The notes beneath the pieces were generated by a model that was given only the letters and a program-made list of their open reading frames with translations, searched no databases and was not told the DNA's origin. A DNA stretch of 63,144 nt, the filler included, from Jimgerdemannia flammicorona (lineage: Eukaryota): NCBI GenBank assembly GCA_003990765.1. It is 2 parts of 2 records of this genome, joined end to end, with 100 filler letters (N's around TTAATTAATTAA, not from the genome) between each part and the next. Parts side by side here need not be neighbours in the genome. Positions count along the whole stretch, not along the records: positions 1 to 31,526 come from RBNJ01000390.1; 1 more part is not named here. One strand, 5' to 3'. The position numbers were made by a program, and so were the translations under genes. Below, piece after piece: positions 13,698-25,667 of this stretch (the stretch's first letter is position 1; the number at the start of each line of letters is the position of its first letter).

Positions 13698-14506
13698 TGT
13701 AATAACTCTCACTTCTACCCCTCTCTTATCCTTTGGATAATTAGAGAAGTGGACTATTACTTAGAGACTTAGTACACAATGTGTACCAAGAAGCCTTTAG
13801 TTTGAGAAAGCGCTCACTTATAAGTAGTTGTAGTGGCAGTGCCTTATCTTTCAAAGGTCTTTCTCTGGTTTGCCTTCTGTTTTAAAGGTCTTTCTCTTGT
13901 GCCCTATTTTGAGGGTCTTGTTCTTTGTTGTGCACAGACTGAATTTGCCTTGGAATTCAGATTCAATGGGTTTACTTAAGTCTTTGGGGATTTATATACC
14001 GATCTTTATTCTGGCAGAAGTTAGCTAGGCTTCTGGAGTTTAGTCAGAAATACTAGAGTCACTTAGATGTCATTACTAAGACTCAGGGGAATGTGTGTGT
14101 GTGGGGGGGGGACTTGATTCTTATATCAAGGACTGAACTAAAACTGTTTTATTTTGGATGGAAACTGGGGGGTATTTATACAAGTTGGTCTATGATTTCT
14201 GACTAAGTATGAGTGACTAATTTGGTAACTATAATGAGGTTTGTGATCATGACCTTTGTCAGGTGGTTTTTGGTAAAGAATATCTTTGTGATCAGGACCT
14301 CAATTACTAGGCAATAATCAGCAGCTGTGGCAACTATTACTACGGCACCAGTTGTCAGGGATAAGCTAAATATTATTTTCCATATCATTCGTTTGCATCA
14401 TTATTCATATGCCATGCTCGATTGTATGATGATGTCATCACCAGGTCATATGATCATTCATGATCACTCATCACATCCCATCTGTTTGCTTGTTTGTTCT
14501 ATTACA
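13698..14506 (-). repeat. 3' LTR (TGT...ACA)
   Basis: Starts TGTAATAAC and ends CTATTACA. Direct repeat of 22062-22870. Confidence 0.95.
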
Positions 14507-14521
14507 TCCTTCCCTCCTTAG
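14507..14521 (-). other. Polypurine tract
   Basis: Minus strand CTAAGGAGGGAAGGA lies immediately before the 3' LTR. Confidence 0.85.
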
Positions 14522-15991
14522 AAATCAATGTCCTTGTTGATTGAGAAATTGAGAACCAGGGGAGAGAAAGGTGGGGAATCCTGCTCAGGATTGTTGGCAT
14601 CTTCTTCAATAGCAGGGGGGGTGGTGGTTACTAATGGCTTGCTGTCCAGGATAGAGAAGTCAATGAGGTCTGCAAATGGTTCTTGTATTGGAATAGGTGC
14701 TAGTGTAGGGTTCTCCATCTGATGTGGTTGGGGCCATCCAAGTAGGGTTCTTGGTCCATATGTCTGGGAATATCCATTCAGATGGGTGGTCCTTTAAAGA
14801 GATCAGAGAGGCCTTGGAGCCATTGGTCAGAGTTGTCATTCAGAAGGAGGCTCTAGTGAGGCTTAATGTCAGTAGACTTGAGGGCAATCTAGGAGTTGGC
14901 TTCTTGGGCGACCTTGACTTCTAGGGCATTGACCTCAGGGAAAGAGAGGTTCTGGAAGTCCTTCAGTTATATGTAATTGAGATTGGGGATCATAAAGAGT
15001 GCATGGCACATGATTTGATGGACCTTCTTAGCAAATCTTTGCTTGTACCTATCTAGGTGAGTCCAGTCAGAGACCTGGTCTGTGGGTAGACCATTTGTAT
15101 GTTAGAGAAGCTGGTGACCGATTTCATATTCATACCAGATTTCTAGGTGGCTGGTAGCAAGGTAGGCCCTTTCGATAAGTTCATAGTGGTTAAGGACATA
15201 CTATCCTAGGTCTGGGCTGGAGAGGTTAAGAGCCTCTGAGTGGTGGTTCCTTCCTTAGATAGCAACCTGGATGTGTCCAAAGAGGTGGTCAATCTGGCTT
15301 GTGAGGGGCTGGCTATGGCAGGCAGTTTGGCGGCAGGTGGCAGGCATTCTTGTCTTGTTTTTTCTTTGTGAGAAGAGGGGGATGAGAGTTGCAGGGTATT
15401 CTTACCTTGGGTATTTATACTTATTCACCTGTCTGATGTGACCTTCCTTTGGTCACACTTTCTGGCAAAATGCATGACCTGTTGCTGTAAGTGGGGCATG
15501 TACTAGTTATATGAGAAAATCCTAATTTTAAAGATATTATTACTTATAATTGTGATTACACAGGGTTAACAGGTCTTGGTCCACTTTTTTTTTGTCTGGT
15601 TGATGCATTTGTGAGGACTGGCCATCCTCGTCTAGGGTGAGGGCTCCCATTGTTGCAGCTGGGAGTTTGAACCTCTCGGAAAGAGACTTTCTTATAATCT
15701 GAGGCAATTCCTAGTAACAATATCTGTCACATAGATGGACTTAGACTGGTTTCGACATTGTTGGCTTTCCTAAGTTTCACATAAAGCATCCATCATCATC
15801 CAGCAGAGATGACATAGATGGTGTGAAATGGAGTTGTTTAAATGTGTTTTGCTATGCTGTACTAGATTGTTCTTTTGCTCAGATATCTTCTTATTGGTTA
15901 TCTATAGTGTTCCTTTTTTCACAATGTTTGGTATTATATGTTTCCAGATAAAAATATATAGTATCCTTCTGCTTACTGTGTGCTCCTCTAC

Positions 15992-18900
15992 TTAGAGCTG
16001 TAGTTCCTTCCTTTGCTGGGAGGTGAGTGTTTCCATGTAGTCCTGGAGGGCTTCGCGTGCATTCTTCAGAGCTTCTTCTTTTTCCCAGGTGGTATCATGG
16101 GTGGGGTAACCCTTCCACTTGATCAGGAAAAAGCACTTGACTGTTTTGGGATATTTGCAGACCTTGTGGTCAAGTACTTCCTCAATTTCGAATTCCTCAT
16201 GATCATTGATCCTAATTGGGGATGGTGGTGGAACTGTACACTCAGGGAATGGATTCTCATAGTAGTCCACCAATTGGCTGATATGGAATACTGGATATAC
16301 TTGGATATTGTGGAGAAGTTGCAACTTATAGTTGACTTCACTGATTTTTTCCACAATCTTGTATGGTCCAATTCTTCTAGTATGGAGTTTCTTGGCTGGT
16401 TGTTGTACCAGGGTGTCTGGGTGGAGGTGGTCTGTTCTAAGCATGACCATGTCACCAATATTATAGGAGGCTTCTCTTCACTTTGAGTTCACATACTTGG
16501 TCTGGTAGTCTTGTGCTTCTATGAGAGCATCTCTTGTCATTCGCATAAGATCAGAAATAGTCTCGGCCAGATCTTGGACTGCTGGGACTGCTGATTTTGC
16601 AGTAGTACTTGGGGTCCTTGGGTGTTGACCATGGTTCAGGAAGAATGGAGTCTTCTTTGTGGAGGTTTGCTGACTATTGTTGTAGGCAAACTCAGCATGG
16701 GCTAGGTACTTGTCCCAATCATTTTGCTTGTAACAGCAGAAGATGCTAAACATCTGTTTGAGAGTCTTGTTGGTTTGCTTAGTTTGACTATCAGTCTGAG
16801 GGTGGTAGGTAGTAGAGAACTTCAGCTTGATTCCATGGAGAGTGAAAAATACCTTCCAGAAGTTGCTTGTGAACTTGGCATCTTGATCAGATACAATGGT
16901 GCTAGGCATACCATATAGTCTGAATACTTGATTGAGGAAAATCTCAGCAATCTCTGGTGCTGTAGCAGTGATCTTGGTGGGTACAAAATGGACTTGTTTA
17001 CTTAGACAGTCTATGAATACCATGATGGCATCTCATCCTGCCTTGGTCTTGGGGAGTTGGACAATGAAGTCTATTGCAATCTGGTCCCAATTGTGACTCG
17101 GGATAGGCAAGGATTACAGGAGTCCTGCTGGTAGCTTGTTACCACTTTTGAACCTTTGGTATATCTTGCATGAGGCCACAAAGTCTTTGATATCCTTGGT
17201 CATCTTTGGCCAGTAGAACTCTCTTGAGAGGAGGTTGTAGGTCTTTTCAAAGCCAAAGTATCCTGCTGCAGGAGTATCATGGAGTTCCTGCATGATCTTG
17301 AGTCACAAAGTATCATTGTTGGGTACAACCACTCTGCCATAGTCCCTGTAGATAAGTCCATCATGGTAGGTGAATCTCTTGGCCATTTGCCTCATGGGTT
17401 CTGGAACCTCGGCCTCTGGGTCTTGGTAGAATTGAAGGAAATTCATCAGGGAGCTGTCTTGCTGGTAGCCATCCTTGATCATTTGGGTAAGGTCTCTAAT
17501 TACTTTGACCATGAAGACAAGTTCATCTTCTATGTACCTAGAGAAACCATCAGCCACACGATTGATTTTGCCTGGGATATACTTGATTTCTATATCAAAG
17601 TTAGCAATATTTCCATCCAGTGGGCTTGTCTGTGGGTCAGCATAGGCTGTGTGTGAATATACCGCAGTGCATAGTAATCAGTGTAGGCTACAAATGGCTA
17701 TCCTAGGAGGAAATGGCGCTATTCCTGGAGTGCAGTGATAATAGCTAGGAGTTCCTTCTCATGGGTGGTATATCAGGTCTCAGCTGGCTTGAGCTTTTGG
17801 GAAAGGTAGGCCACTGGGCAGTCTTCTTGACTGAGTACTGCTCCAATAGCAATGTCAGAGGCATCTGTGGTCAGAGTGAATGGTCTGGTAGGGTCAGGTG
17901 CAATTAGTACTGGGGCCTTGGTAAGGAGTCTCTTGAGATGGTCCATAGCCAGGGTGCATTTGGGGGTCTATTCAGCTTTGATGTTCACTCCTTTGTGGGC
18001 CAGACTGGTTAATGGAGCTGCAATAGCAAAGTATCCTTGGATAAACCTTTAGTAATAACCAGCAATACCCAGAAAGCACTGGAGTAGCTTGAGGGTAGTA
18101 GGGATAGGGATATCTTTAAGGGCTGATACCTTTCAGGGGTCCACATTGATACCTTCAGCAGAGATGATGTGTCCTAAGTACTCAATCTGGTCTTGATAGA
18201 ACTTATACTTGCTCATCTTGGCATAGAGCTGGTGTTCTCATAGGAGGGTCAGTACTTGTCTGAGGTGGGTATAGTGTAGCTCTACTGTCTCACTGTAGAT
18301 TAGTATATCATCAATATACACAAGGGCACAGATGTTGAGGAGTGGTCTAAAGATATCATTCATCAGATACTGAAATGTTACTAGTACATTGGTCAATCCA
18401 AAAGGTATGACTTGGAACTGGTAGTGTCCAAACTGTGTTTGGAAAGCTGTCTTCTCAATGTCCTTCTCATCAATGAGAATCTGGTAGTAGTCATTTCACA
18501 AATCCAATAGAGAAAAGGTCTTGGCCTTGAAGATTTGGTATAGCAACTCATCAATCCTGGGCAAGGCATACCGGTTCTTGATAGTGATCTTATTGAGGGC
18601 TCTGTAGTCAATACACATTCGCAGAAAGCCATCCTTCTTCTTGATAAATAGAATGGGGGCTCCAAATGGAGAGTGGCTGGGTTCAATATATCCTTGGACC
18701 AGTAGTTTGGTCAATTCATCCTTGAGAGTCTTGAGCTCAGGTTGGGCCAGTTGGTAGATACTCTTGTATGGGAGTTCAGATTCTGGAATAAAATCAATTC
18801 TATGTTGGATTTGGTGCTTGGGTGGAAGTCCTTGAGGATCTTGGAATATATCTTGGAATTCTTCAAACAGTTCTTGAGCTTCTATTGGAATTGGGCTGCT

Positions 18901-21900
18901 TGTAGCTTCAGTGACTTCTTGTACTATACAGATGAAGTAGGTGTTTCCCTTTTTTCAAGAGAGTCTCTTTATTTGAATGGCAGAGATGATTTCGATTCTT
19001 TGGTGGTTGGTACCTTCCTGGGGTGTCAGGGTGATCTTTCTGCCTTTGTGGGTCAGGTTAACCTCATTGGTTCTCCAGTTGATATCTGGGTTGTGCTGGG
19101 TCAACCAGGCTTTTTCTAAGATAATATCTTGTCCTAGGAGATCTACAATGCTGAAGTCCAACTTCTCTTGATATTTGCCAATCTTGAGCAAAAGGTCTTC
19201 ACAGATCTTGGTCAATGGTGCAGTCTTTCCATCACTAAAGGTAACACTTCTTTTCTCAGTAGTGGGTCTGCTTTGGGCTCTGATCCTCTTGGTAGTCTTG
19301 GTGCTGATGTAGTTTCTGGTAGCACTACTATCAAGCAAGACATTGACATTTTGTCTGTGAACTTGGCCTGTGAACTTGATGCAACTGTCCTCCTTCTTGA
19401 TGGTATTGAGCTCTTCATCCTCATTATTGTCCCAATTGCTGTCAGTCTCCTCGAAGTCAGTTTCTCCCCACCCTTCACAAGGAGGGTTATCTTGTTTGGG
19501 TTCCTCAGTCTGTTGAGCTTGGCGCTTCTCGGATTGAATTTTGAAAACTTTGGAGAGGCATGCATGGTATTCACCAACATGTTCCATGCAGTACATTCAA
19601 ATGGAATGAGGGCATCGTCCATATGGTGCATAACTATCTGCAATTCTCTTATACCAGTTTTCATCATCTTCCTTCATGGTAGTAACCTTTTGACTGGGAG
19701 GTTTGTTGGTAGATCCAAACCCTTTCTTGCCACAATCTGTTTGGGAGAGTTTGGAGACTTCTTCAATGGTGAGATCTTGACAGATTTCTTCAATAATTGC
19801 TTGGGCAATTCTTTGGCCTGCTTTGACTTCAAATGATATGTCTCCAAAATTTTGCAAGATGACACAGATTTCGCCAGTAAATCCTTAGTCAACTACTCCT
19901 CCTCCTAGTCCAATGTTGAACTCTTTGGCTAGGTTGCTTTGCTTAGCAAGGCAGATATATGTTCCTTTGGGGACTTGCATTGCAATTCCTATTTACACTG
20001 TAGTATTGGTACTTGGTGGGATGGTGAGGTCTTGGCTGCTGTAGAGGTCATATCTAGCATTAGTTGGGTGGGTCTTAGTGGGGATGGTAGCCTTGTACCA
20101 TATCTTCTGTACTTTGATGATATTCTCAGGGGTTTTCTTTTCTGGACCTTCTCCAATGACAGTAATGTTCTAGTTACTGGGTTCGCCTGATCTGTTTCTC
20201 TTCTCAGGGCATTTGACTGAGATGTGTCCTGCCTTCTTACAGATGAAGCACAATTCCTTTTTATGGAGCTGCTTCTTTTCATCCTCAGTAGGAGGTCTGG
20301 GTCCTCTGGGGTTTCGCTGGTTCCTTTGATCATTCTATTGATCATATCTTTGATCATTTCTCCTGGTAGGATTTCTCCTATCTTGGTTATCCTTCTTGTG
20401 TTCTTGATTTCCTAGGGCTTATACAGCAAGGATTTTGTGAGCTCTTCTTTGTACTTGGGCAAAACACCATGAGTAGTAGGGACATCCTTGGGGAAGATCT
20501 TGTTCCTTGATCTTCTGGGTGAGCCAGTCTGGTAGGGCTGCAAAGAGATAGTTGGCTCTGGTACCATTGATGGCCAAATTGTTCTCCTGATAGGTAAGTC
20601 CAACAGTTTTGAGATAGGCATCCATTCTGGTGGCAAAGGTCTCTAGATCTTCTTCGCCATTCTTGTGGAACTTCATCTGGGATAGTTTGTTCCAAGTTTC
20701 TTATATGTAGGCTGCATTTTGGAATTTGGTCAGTAGCAAGACCTTGAGTCCTGGGCCTGCTTCGTAGTCATCCCAACCTGGTCTATTGTTGGTAGGTACT
20801 TGTCCAATGACTTGGGGGTGGGCTTCTCAGATTACTGAGTGTTGTTCCAAGGTTTTCCAGAATTTGGCTACTGTTCCTATAAAGAATGTGGCTACTGTTT
20901 CTACTTGTGCTGCTGATGTGGCAAATAGTTGTTGGAGGGTGTTAATCTGGTTATTGGTGAGCATTCCTATAGACATTCGGTTGTCATTCCATTGGTTTGC
21001 TTGGTAGCCTATGTCAACTGCATTGATGAAGTTTTCGATATCACTGTTTTTTTCACTGAATGTTGGGATTCGCAAGGTCTTGGTTAGTTTGTTCTGTTCA
21101 GCAATCTGTCCTACTATTCCTGCTAGTGCTGCTAGCTGGGTAGTCAGTGCTGCAATGTTGACATCTACTATTGTGTTGACTATTGGTAGTGGGCCTATTG
21201 GGGTAGATTCTCCTGAAGATTGTTCTGCTTGGTGGGGTTGTAGTGCTGTATGACTTGGAGTTACTTGATTTCCGGATATTAAGTCAAAGAGTCCTGTGAG
21301 AGAGGGTAAACCAAACCTCTGTATAGATAGTTGAGTTGGTTCTGGGGTCTGATCTTCTTGACCTGTGGTTCCTTGATAAATTCCTAGGCCTGCTGTTCCT
21401 CATTGGCTATCATTAGACTGGTAATCTGTAGAGTCTTCATCTGACTCCCTTTCCTGATGAGATAGTATGTCCTTATACTAACTAGGTCCTTCAAAGAGGA
21501 TATTAGTCTCTGGCTGGATAGATGGGCCTGCTTCTTGTTCAGCAGTAGGGGATGGTTGGCCTGCTTGCTCATTCTCATACCTAGTTATGGTAGAGGCATA
21601 GTATACAACTAGCCTGTAGTAGAGGGAGGTCTTGGTAGGGGTATGATGGTATCTATCAGAGGTAATCCACTTAGCAGCTGCTTCTCTTGCAGCAGGGGGT
21701 GTGATATAATCTAGAAAATCCTGGGTGGCTGCAGCAGTAGATTCTGGGGTCCTAGTGGTTCCAATGTATCCTCAGAGGAGTTCGTAGAACCTATGGTGGC
21801 TAACAATATTTCTAAGTCCTGAGTGGTATGTCCTAAAGACCTGGTATAGATCTCTGTAAGCCTGGTCAATTACAAGCTGGCAGGTCTCTGTGTCTGTAGT

Positions 21901-21960
21901 TTCCTGGTACCACCTGGTCCTAATGGCAAGGACTTCTCTGGCTCTGGTTTGAGAATCCAC
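15992..21960 (-). pseudogene. Gag-dUTPase-Pol polyprotein (capsid, CCHC knuckle, dUTPase, aspartic protease, RT, RNase H, integrase, chromodomain); degenerate
   Basis: CFICKKAGHISVKC knuckle (~20207-20250). [42 protein letters not shown] and YIDD. IN YHPQTDSQT. Chromodomain EEFEIEEVLDH...FLIKWKGYP...TWE. Gag through RT lie in one frame, with a net frameshift before IN. The start codon was not found. Confidence 0.93.
19708..20121 (-). pseudogene. Trimeric-type dUTPase domain inside the retrotransposon polyprotein
   Basis: Translation IKVQKIWYKATIPTKTHPTNARYDLYS...YICLAKQSNLAKEFNIGLGGGVVD*GFTGEICVILQNFGDISFEVKAGQRIAQAII...TDCGKKGFGST. All five dUTPase motifs are present, and the deviations are explicable by single transitions. 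Confidence 0.92.
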
Positions 21961-22046
21961 AGTTGATTCTGGAGGTAACTCCTGTCCAAGGTTGGTCTTG
22001 TTCCAACTTCAGGAATGTGTTCTTTAGTGCCTTCTTGGTTGGTAAA

Positions 22047-22058
22047 CCGCTGCTACCA
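22047..22058 (-). other. Primer-binding site, initiator tRNA-Met type
   Basis: TGGTAGCAGCGG lies 3 nt inside the 5' LTR and resembles the TGGTAGC start of tRNAiMet PBSs. Confidence 0.7.
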
Positions 22059-22061
22059 AGT

Positions 22062-22870
22062 TATAATAACTCTTACTTCTACCCCTCTCTTATCCTTTGG
22101 ATAATTAGGGAAGTGGACTATTACTTAGGGACTTAGTACACAATGTGTACCAAGAAGCCTTCAGTTTGAGAAAGCACTTGCTTATAAGTAGTTGTAGTGA
22201 CAGTGTCTTATCTTTCAAAGATCTTTCTCTAGTTTGCCTTTTATTTCAAAGGTCTTTCTCTTGTGCCCTATTTCGAGGGTCTTGTTCTTTGCTATATACA
22301 GACTGAATTTGCCTTAGAATTCAGGTTCAATGGGTTTACTTAAGTCTTTGGGGATTTATATACTGATATTTATTCTGGCAGAAGTTAGCTAGGCTTTTGG
22401 AGTTTAGTCAGAAACACTAGAGTCACTTAGATGTCATTACTAAGACTCAGGGGAATGTATATATATGGGGGGGGGACTTGATTCTTATATTAAGGACTAA
22501 ACTAAAACTGCTTTATTTTGGATAGAAACTGGGGGATATTTATACAAGTTGGTCTATGATTTCTGACTAAGTATGAGTGACTAATTTGGTAACTATAATG
22601 AGGTTTGTGATCACAACCTTTGTCAGGTGGTTTTTGGTAAAGAATATCTTTATGATCAGGACCTCAATTACTAGGCAATGATCAGCAGCTATGGTAACTG
22701 TTGCTGTGGTACCAGTTGTCAGAGATAAGCTAAATATTATTTTCCACATCATTTGTTTGTATCATTATTCATATACTGTGCTCAATCATATGATGACGTC
22801 ATTGCTGGGTTACATGATCGTTCATGATCACTTGTCATGTCCCATCTGTTCACTTGTTCATTCTATTATA
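22062..22870 (-). repeat. 5' LTR (termini mutated to TAT...ATA)
   Basis: 809-bp direct repeat of 13698-14506. Confidence 0.95.
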
Positions 22871-23006
22871 AAGAGGGAGGGGGGGGGAGAAGAGAGGCTC
22901 TATATAAGATTGGGTAAGAGAGATCTTTATACATATATTAATTTTAGTATAATATAGATTAGAGAGTAATAAAGTGAAAGTCTAAGTGACTATAAAAAAA
23001 AAAAAA
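22871..23006 (+). mobile_element. LINE copy B, segment 3: 3' UTR and poly(A)
   Basis: AATAAA...AGTCTAAGTGACTAT(A)n matches the copy C end AGTCCAAGTGACTAT(A)n. Confidence 0.88.
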
Positions 23007-24142
23007 GGACTGACCATTCTCATATAAAGCAGAGAGCCTATTATTAGACTAATTAACTAGAAAGAATTTACATCTAGCTAGTAGCTTTATTTCAGTAGAC
23101 TTCTTATTTACTAGATGTTCTGCTGGTTCTGGGGTCCTAAAATAAACTTCTGATATATATATAAGATGCTGATTATTGCTATAGGTTATTAATAATCTAA
23201 AAAAGTTATTACAGAGATTGAGCAATATATTTTACCTTAAAGTCTTAAACTAGATCTTAGGAGTTCTTGAGGTTAATTAGTAGTTTTTAAGTAGTATTAT
23301 ATTCAGAGTAGCCTATTTATTTGACCAGATATTCAGGATTATGATAGTAGATTCATTTATCAAGAATTTTCTTAACTTTATACTTAATATGGTCTTCAAT
23401 AATTACAAAGACAGATGGCTTGGAAATTTGACCAGAGTAGAGTAGTGACTGATTTTAGATCTTGAGATATAATATATGAAAGACTAGATATACTTTCATA
23501 GTTTCAGATAGCTTAAGACAATAGGAGGATACAGAGACTTATTTAGTAATCTTGAAGGATTCAATATACTTAGGTTGAAATTTATTCAATAAATGATTAA
23601 CTTGAGATTATATCTTGAGATTCTCAGTAGATAGTAGAATTTGATTACTAATAATATAGGTAATATTATAGTATTTTTTGTTAGTATACTTGACTTAATA
23701 CTATTGAGTCTTTTGGAGATTCATAGTAGTAATCTTGAGTAGTTCATCTATTTTGTCTATGAGATTCTTAGTAATAGAGACTTATATTTAACTATTTTTT
23801 CTGAAAGAGACTAGACTTATAGAGATTTCAGAATCTTGACTAATACTTCCAAATAAATTAAATAAATTCAAATTAAATTAAATTGAGAGTCATTCAAATT
23901 GAATCAAATTGGAGATTTTTTTTGATTTAAATCAAGTTTAAATCAAATCAAATTTGAATTAAATTGAGAGTTTGATTCAATCTCTATTTTTCAAAATATA
24001 ATAACTTGATAAAAAATATATCCAAATTTAATGATCTTTAGCTTGTTAGATCCCTCTTATATAGAGAAATCTAATAAGTTAAAGATTATTAAATTTTATA
24101 TATATATATTTTTTAAATATTCTAATAGAGTATATTAGCTAT

Positions 24143-24147
<5 letters not shown>

Positions 24148-24183
<36 letters not shown>

Positions 24184-24838
24184 TTTTTTTTTTTTTTTTT
24201 TTTTTAATAGACTTGAAGTTCTGTAGATTTTTATTAGAAGAGAATCTAGACTATATAGGTCAAAACTCTCTTCCACTACCTCTTGAGCACTATATCTCAA
24301 TTAAACCTAGGCTAGCTATTGTCTAATAGTTTAATTATACTAGATATAGTAGGGCTTATATTAATCCATATCTTATTCTATATACTATACTCTCTCTACT
24401 ATTAGAGAGAAAACAACTATATACTAATGATCAAAGACATATATCTGAAACCTCAATATATATATATAAGACTATATTCAAGTCAAATAAAATAGTCTCT
24501 ATTACTTCAAATAATATAATAGATAAAGAAAAATCCTCATCAAAGTACAGAATAATAGATAAGACCTCATTCTTCTCAATAAGATAAGTAGAGGACTTAT
24601 ATGTAAGAGAGTCAGCTATAGAATTCCTATAAATAGTATTTAGTAATATTATATAATATATAATTTTTTTAAAAATAATAATAAAGATAATTAGTCAGAA
24701 ATCTATATAGAAATATCTATCAAAATTTCTATATTTAATTAGTATAATTATTATCTACTATACTAATAGTAAAACTATATGAATACTTTTCAAAAATAGC
24801 TAGTAAAAAATTATTATCAACTATTATATATATATTTA
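24148..24838 (-). mobile_element. Degenerate minus-strand copy of the poly(A)-tailed element seen at 30331-31526; interrupted by the PLE and continuing from 29328
   Basis: Poly(T) at 24148-24205 is followed by AATAGACTTGAAGTTCTGTAGATTTTTATTAGAAGAGAATCTAGACTATATAGGTCAAAAC. This matches the reverse complement of 31460-31520 with mostly transition differences. Confidence 0.75.
24587..24838 (+). repeat. Left copy of a ~250-bp direct duplication flanking the PLE
   Basis: AGTAGAGGACTTATATGTAAG...ATATATATATTTA is near-identical to 29328-29583. Confidence 0.92.
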
Positions 24839-25174
24839 GAGGAGGAAGAAGGCCCAGCAGGAGCCAAGAGAGCGAACCCAGAGCCAGTGTCAAAGCGAAC
24901 GGAAGACATGTGGAAAGGTATGTATAAGGGGGACAAACAAAGAATGTAACCGAAAATGCATCAGCTGTTTATTGCCATGTAAAAATGTGGTCCTTATATA
25001 CAAAATATGATGTCCCAAAAGGGAGGACGCACCATAACTCAGGGCGAACCGAATTAAGAACCACATGACCACCAGAGATAAGCGGAGATAAAGGGGGAGC
25101 CAATCCCAGTTGCAGGATAAAAATCACAAACAAACACAAACAAAACAAATCCAAATCGAGATTAAAAAACATCC
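24838..25174 (-). repeat. Inverted copy of the distal 337 bp of the pLTR
   Basis: Reverse complement of 25326-25666 and 28990-29326. Confidence 0.95.
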
Positions 25175-25667
25175 TTGCTCCCTTCGGGGTCTCACGCTCG
25201 CTCCGGGGTCTTGGCCTTACTCCGCTCCCCTCCGCTGCCTTTGGCCCCTTGCTTCGCTCGGGCTCGCTGCGGCTCGCTCCGTTTCAGCCTCACCCCTTGC
25301 TCGCGCTCACCCCTCCGGGGTCTGCGGATGTTTTTTAATCTCGATTTGGATTTGTTTTGTTTGTGTTTATTTGTGATTTTTATCCTGCAACTGGGATTGG
25401 CTCCCCCTTTATCTCCGCTTATCTCCGGTGGTCATGTGGTTCCTAATTCGGTTCGCCCCGAGTTATGGCGCATCCTCCCTTTTGGGACATCGTATTTTGT
25501 ATATAAGGACTGCATTTTTACATGGCAATAAATGGCTGATGCATTTTCGGTTACATTCTTTGTTTGTCCCCCTTATATGTACATGCCTTTCCACATGTCT
25601 TCTGTTCGCTTTGACACTGGCTCTGGGTTCGCTCTCTTGGCTCCCACTGGGCCTTCTTCCTCCTCTG
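25160..25667 (+). repeat. 5' pseudo-LTR (structured 181-bp module, TATA-like TATATAAG near 25500, AATAAA at 25527, start of ORF1)
   Basis: Direct repeat of 28825-29327. Confidence 0.92.

Larger units (their letters stand above)
13698..22870 (-). mobile_element. Full-length Ty3/Gypsy LTR retrotransposon (chromovirus) encoding a dUTPase; inserted into the 3' end of LINE copy B
   Basis: Two 809-bp LTRs, 5-bp TSD GAGAG (13693-13697) / AAGAG (22871-22875), PBS and PPT. Domain order gag-dUT-PR-RT-RH-IN-chromodomain. Confidence 0.96.
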
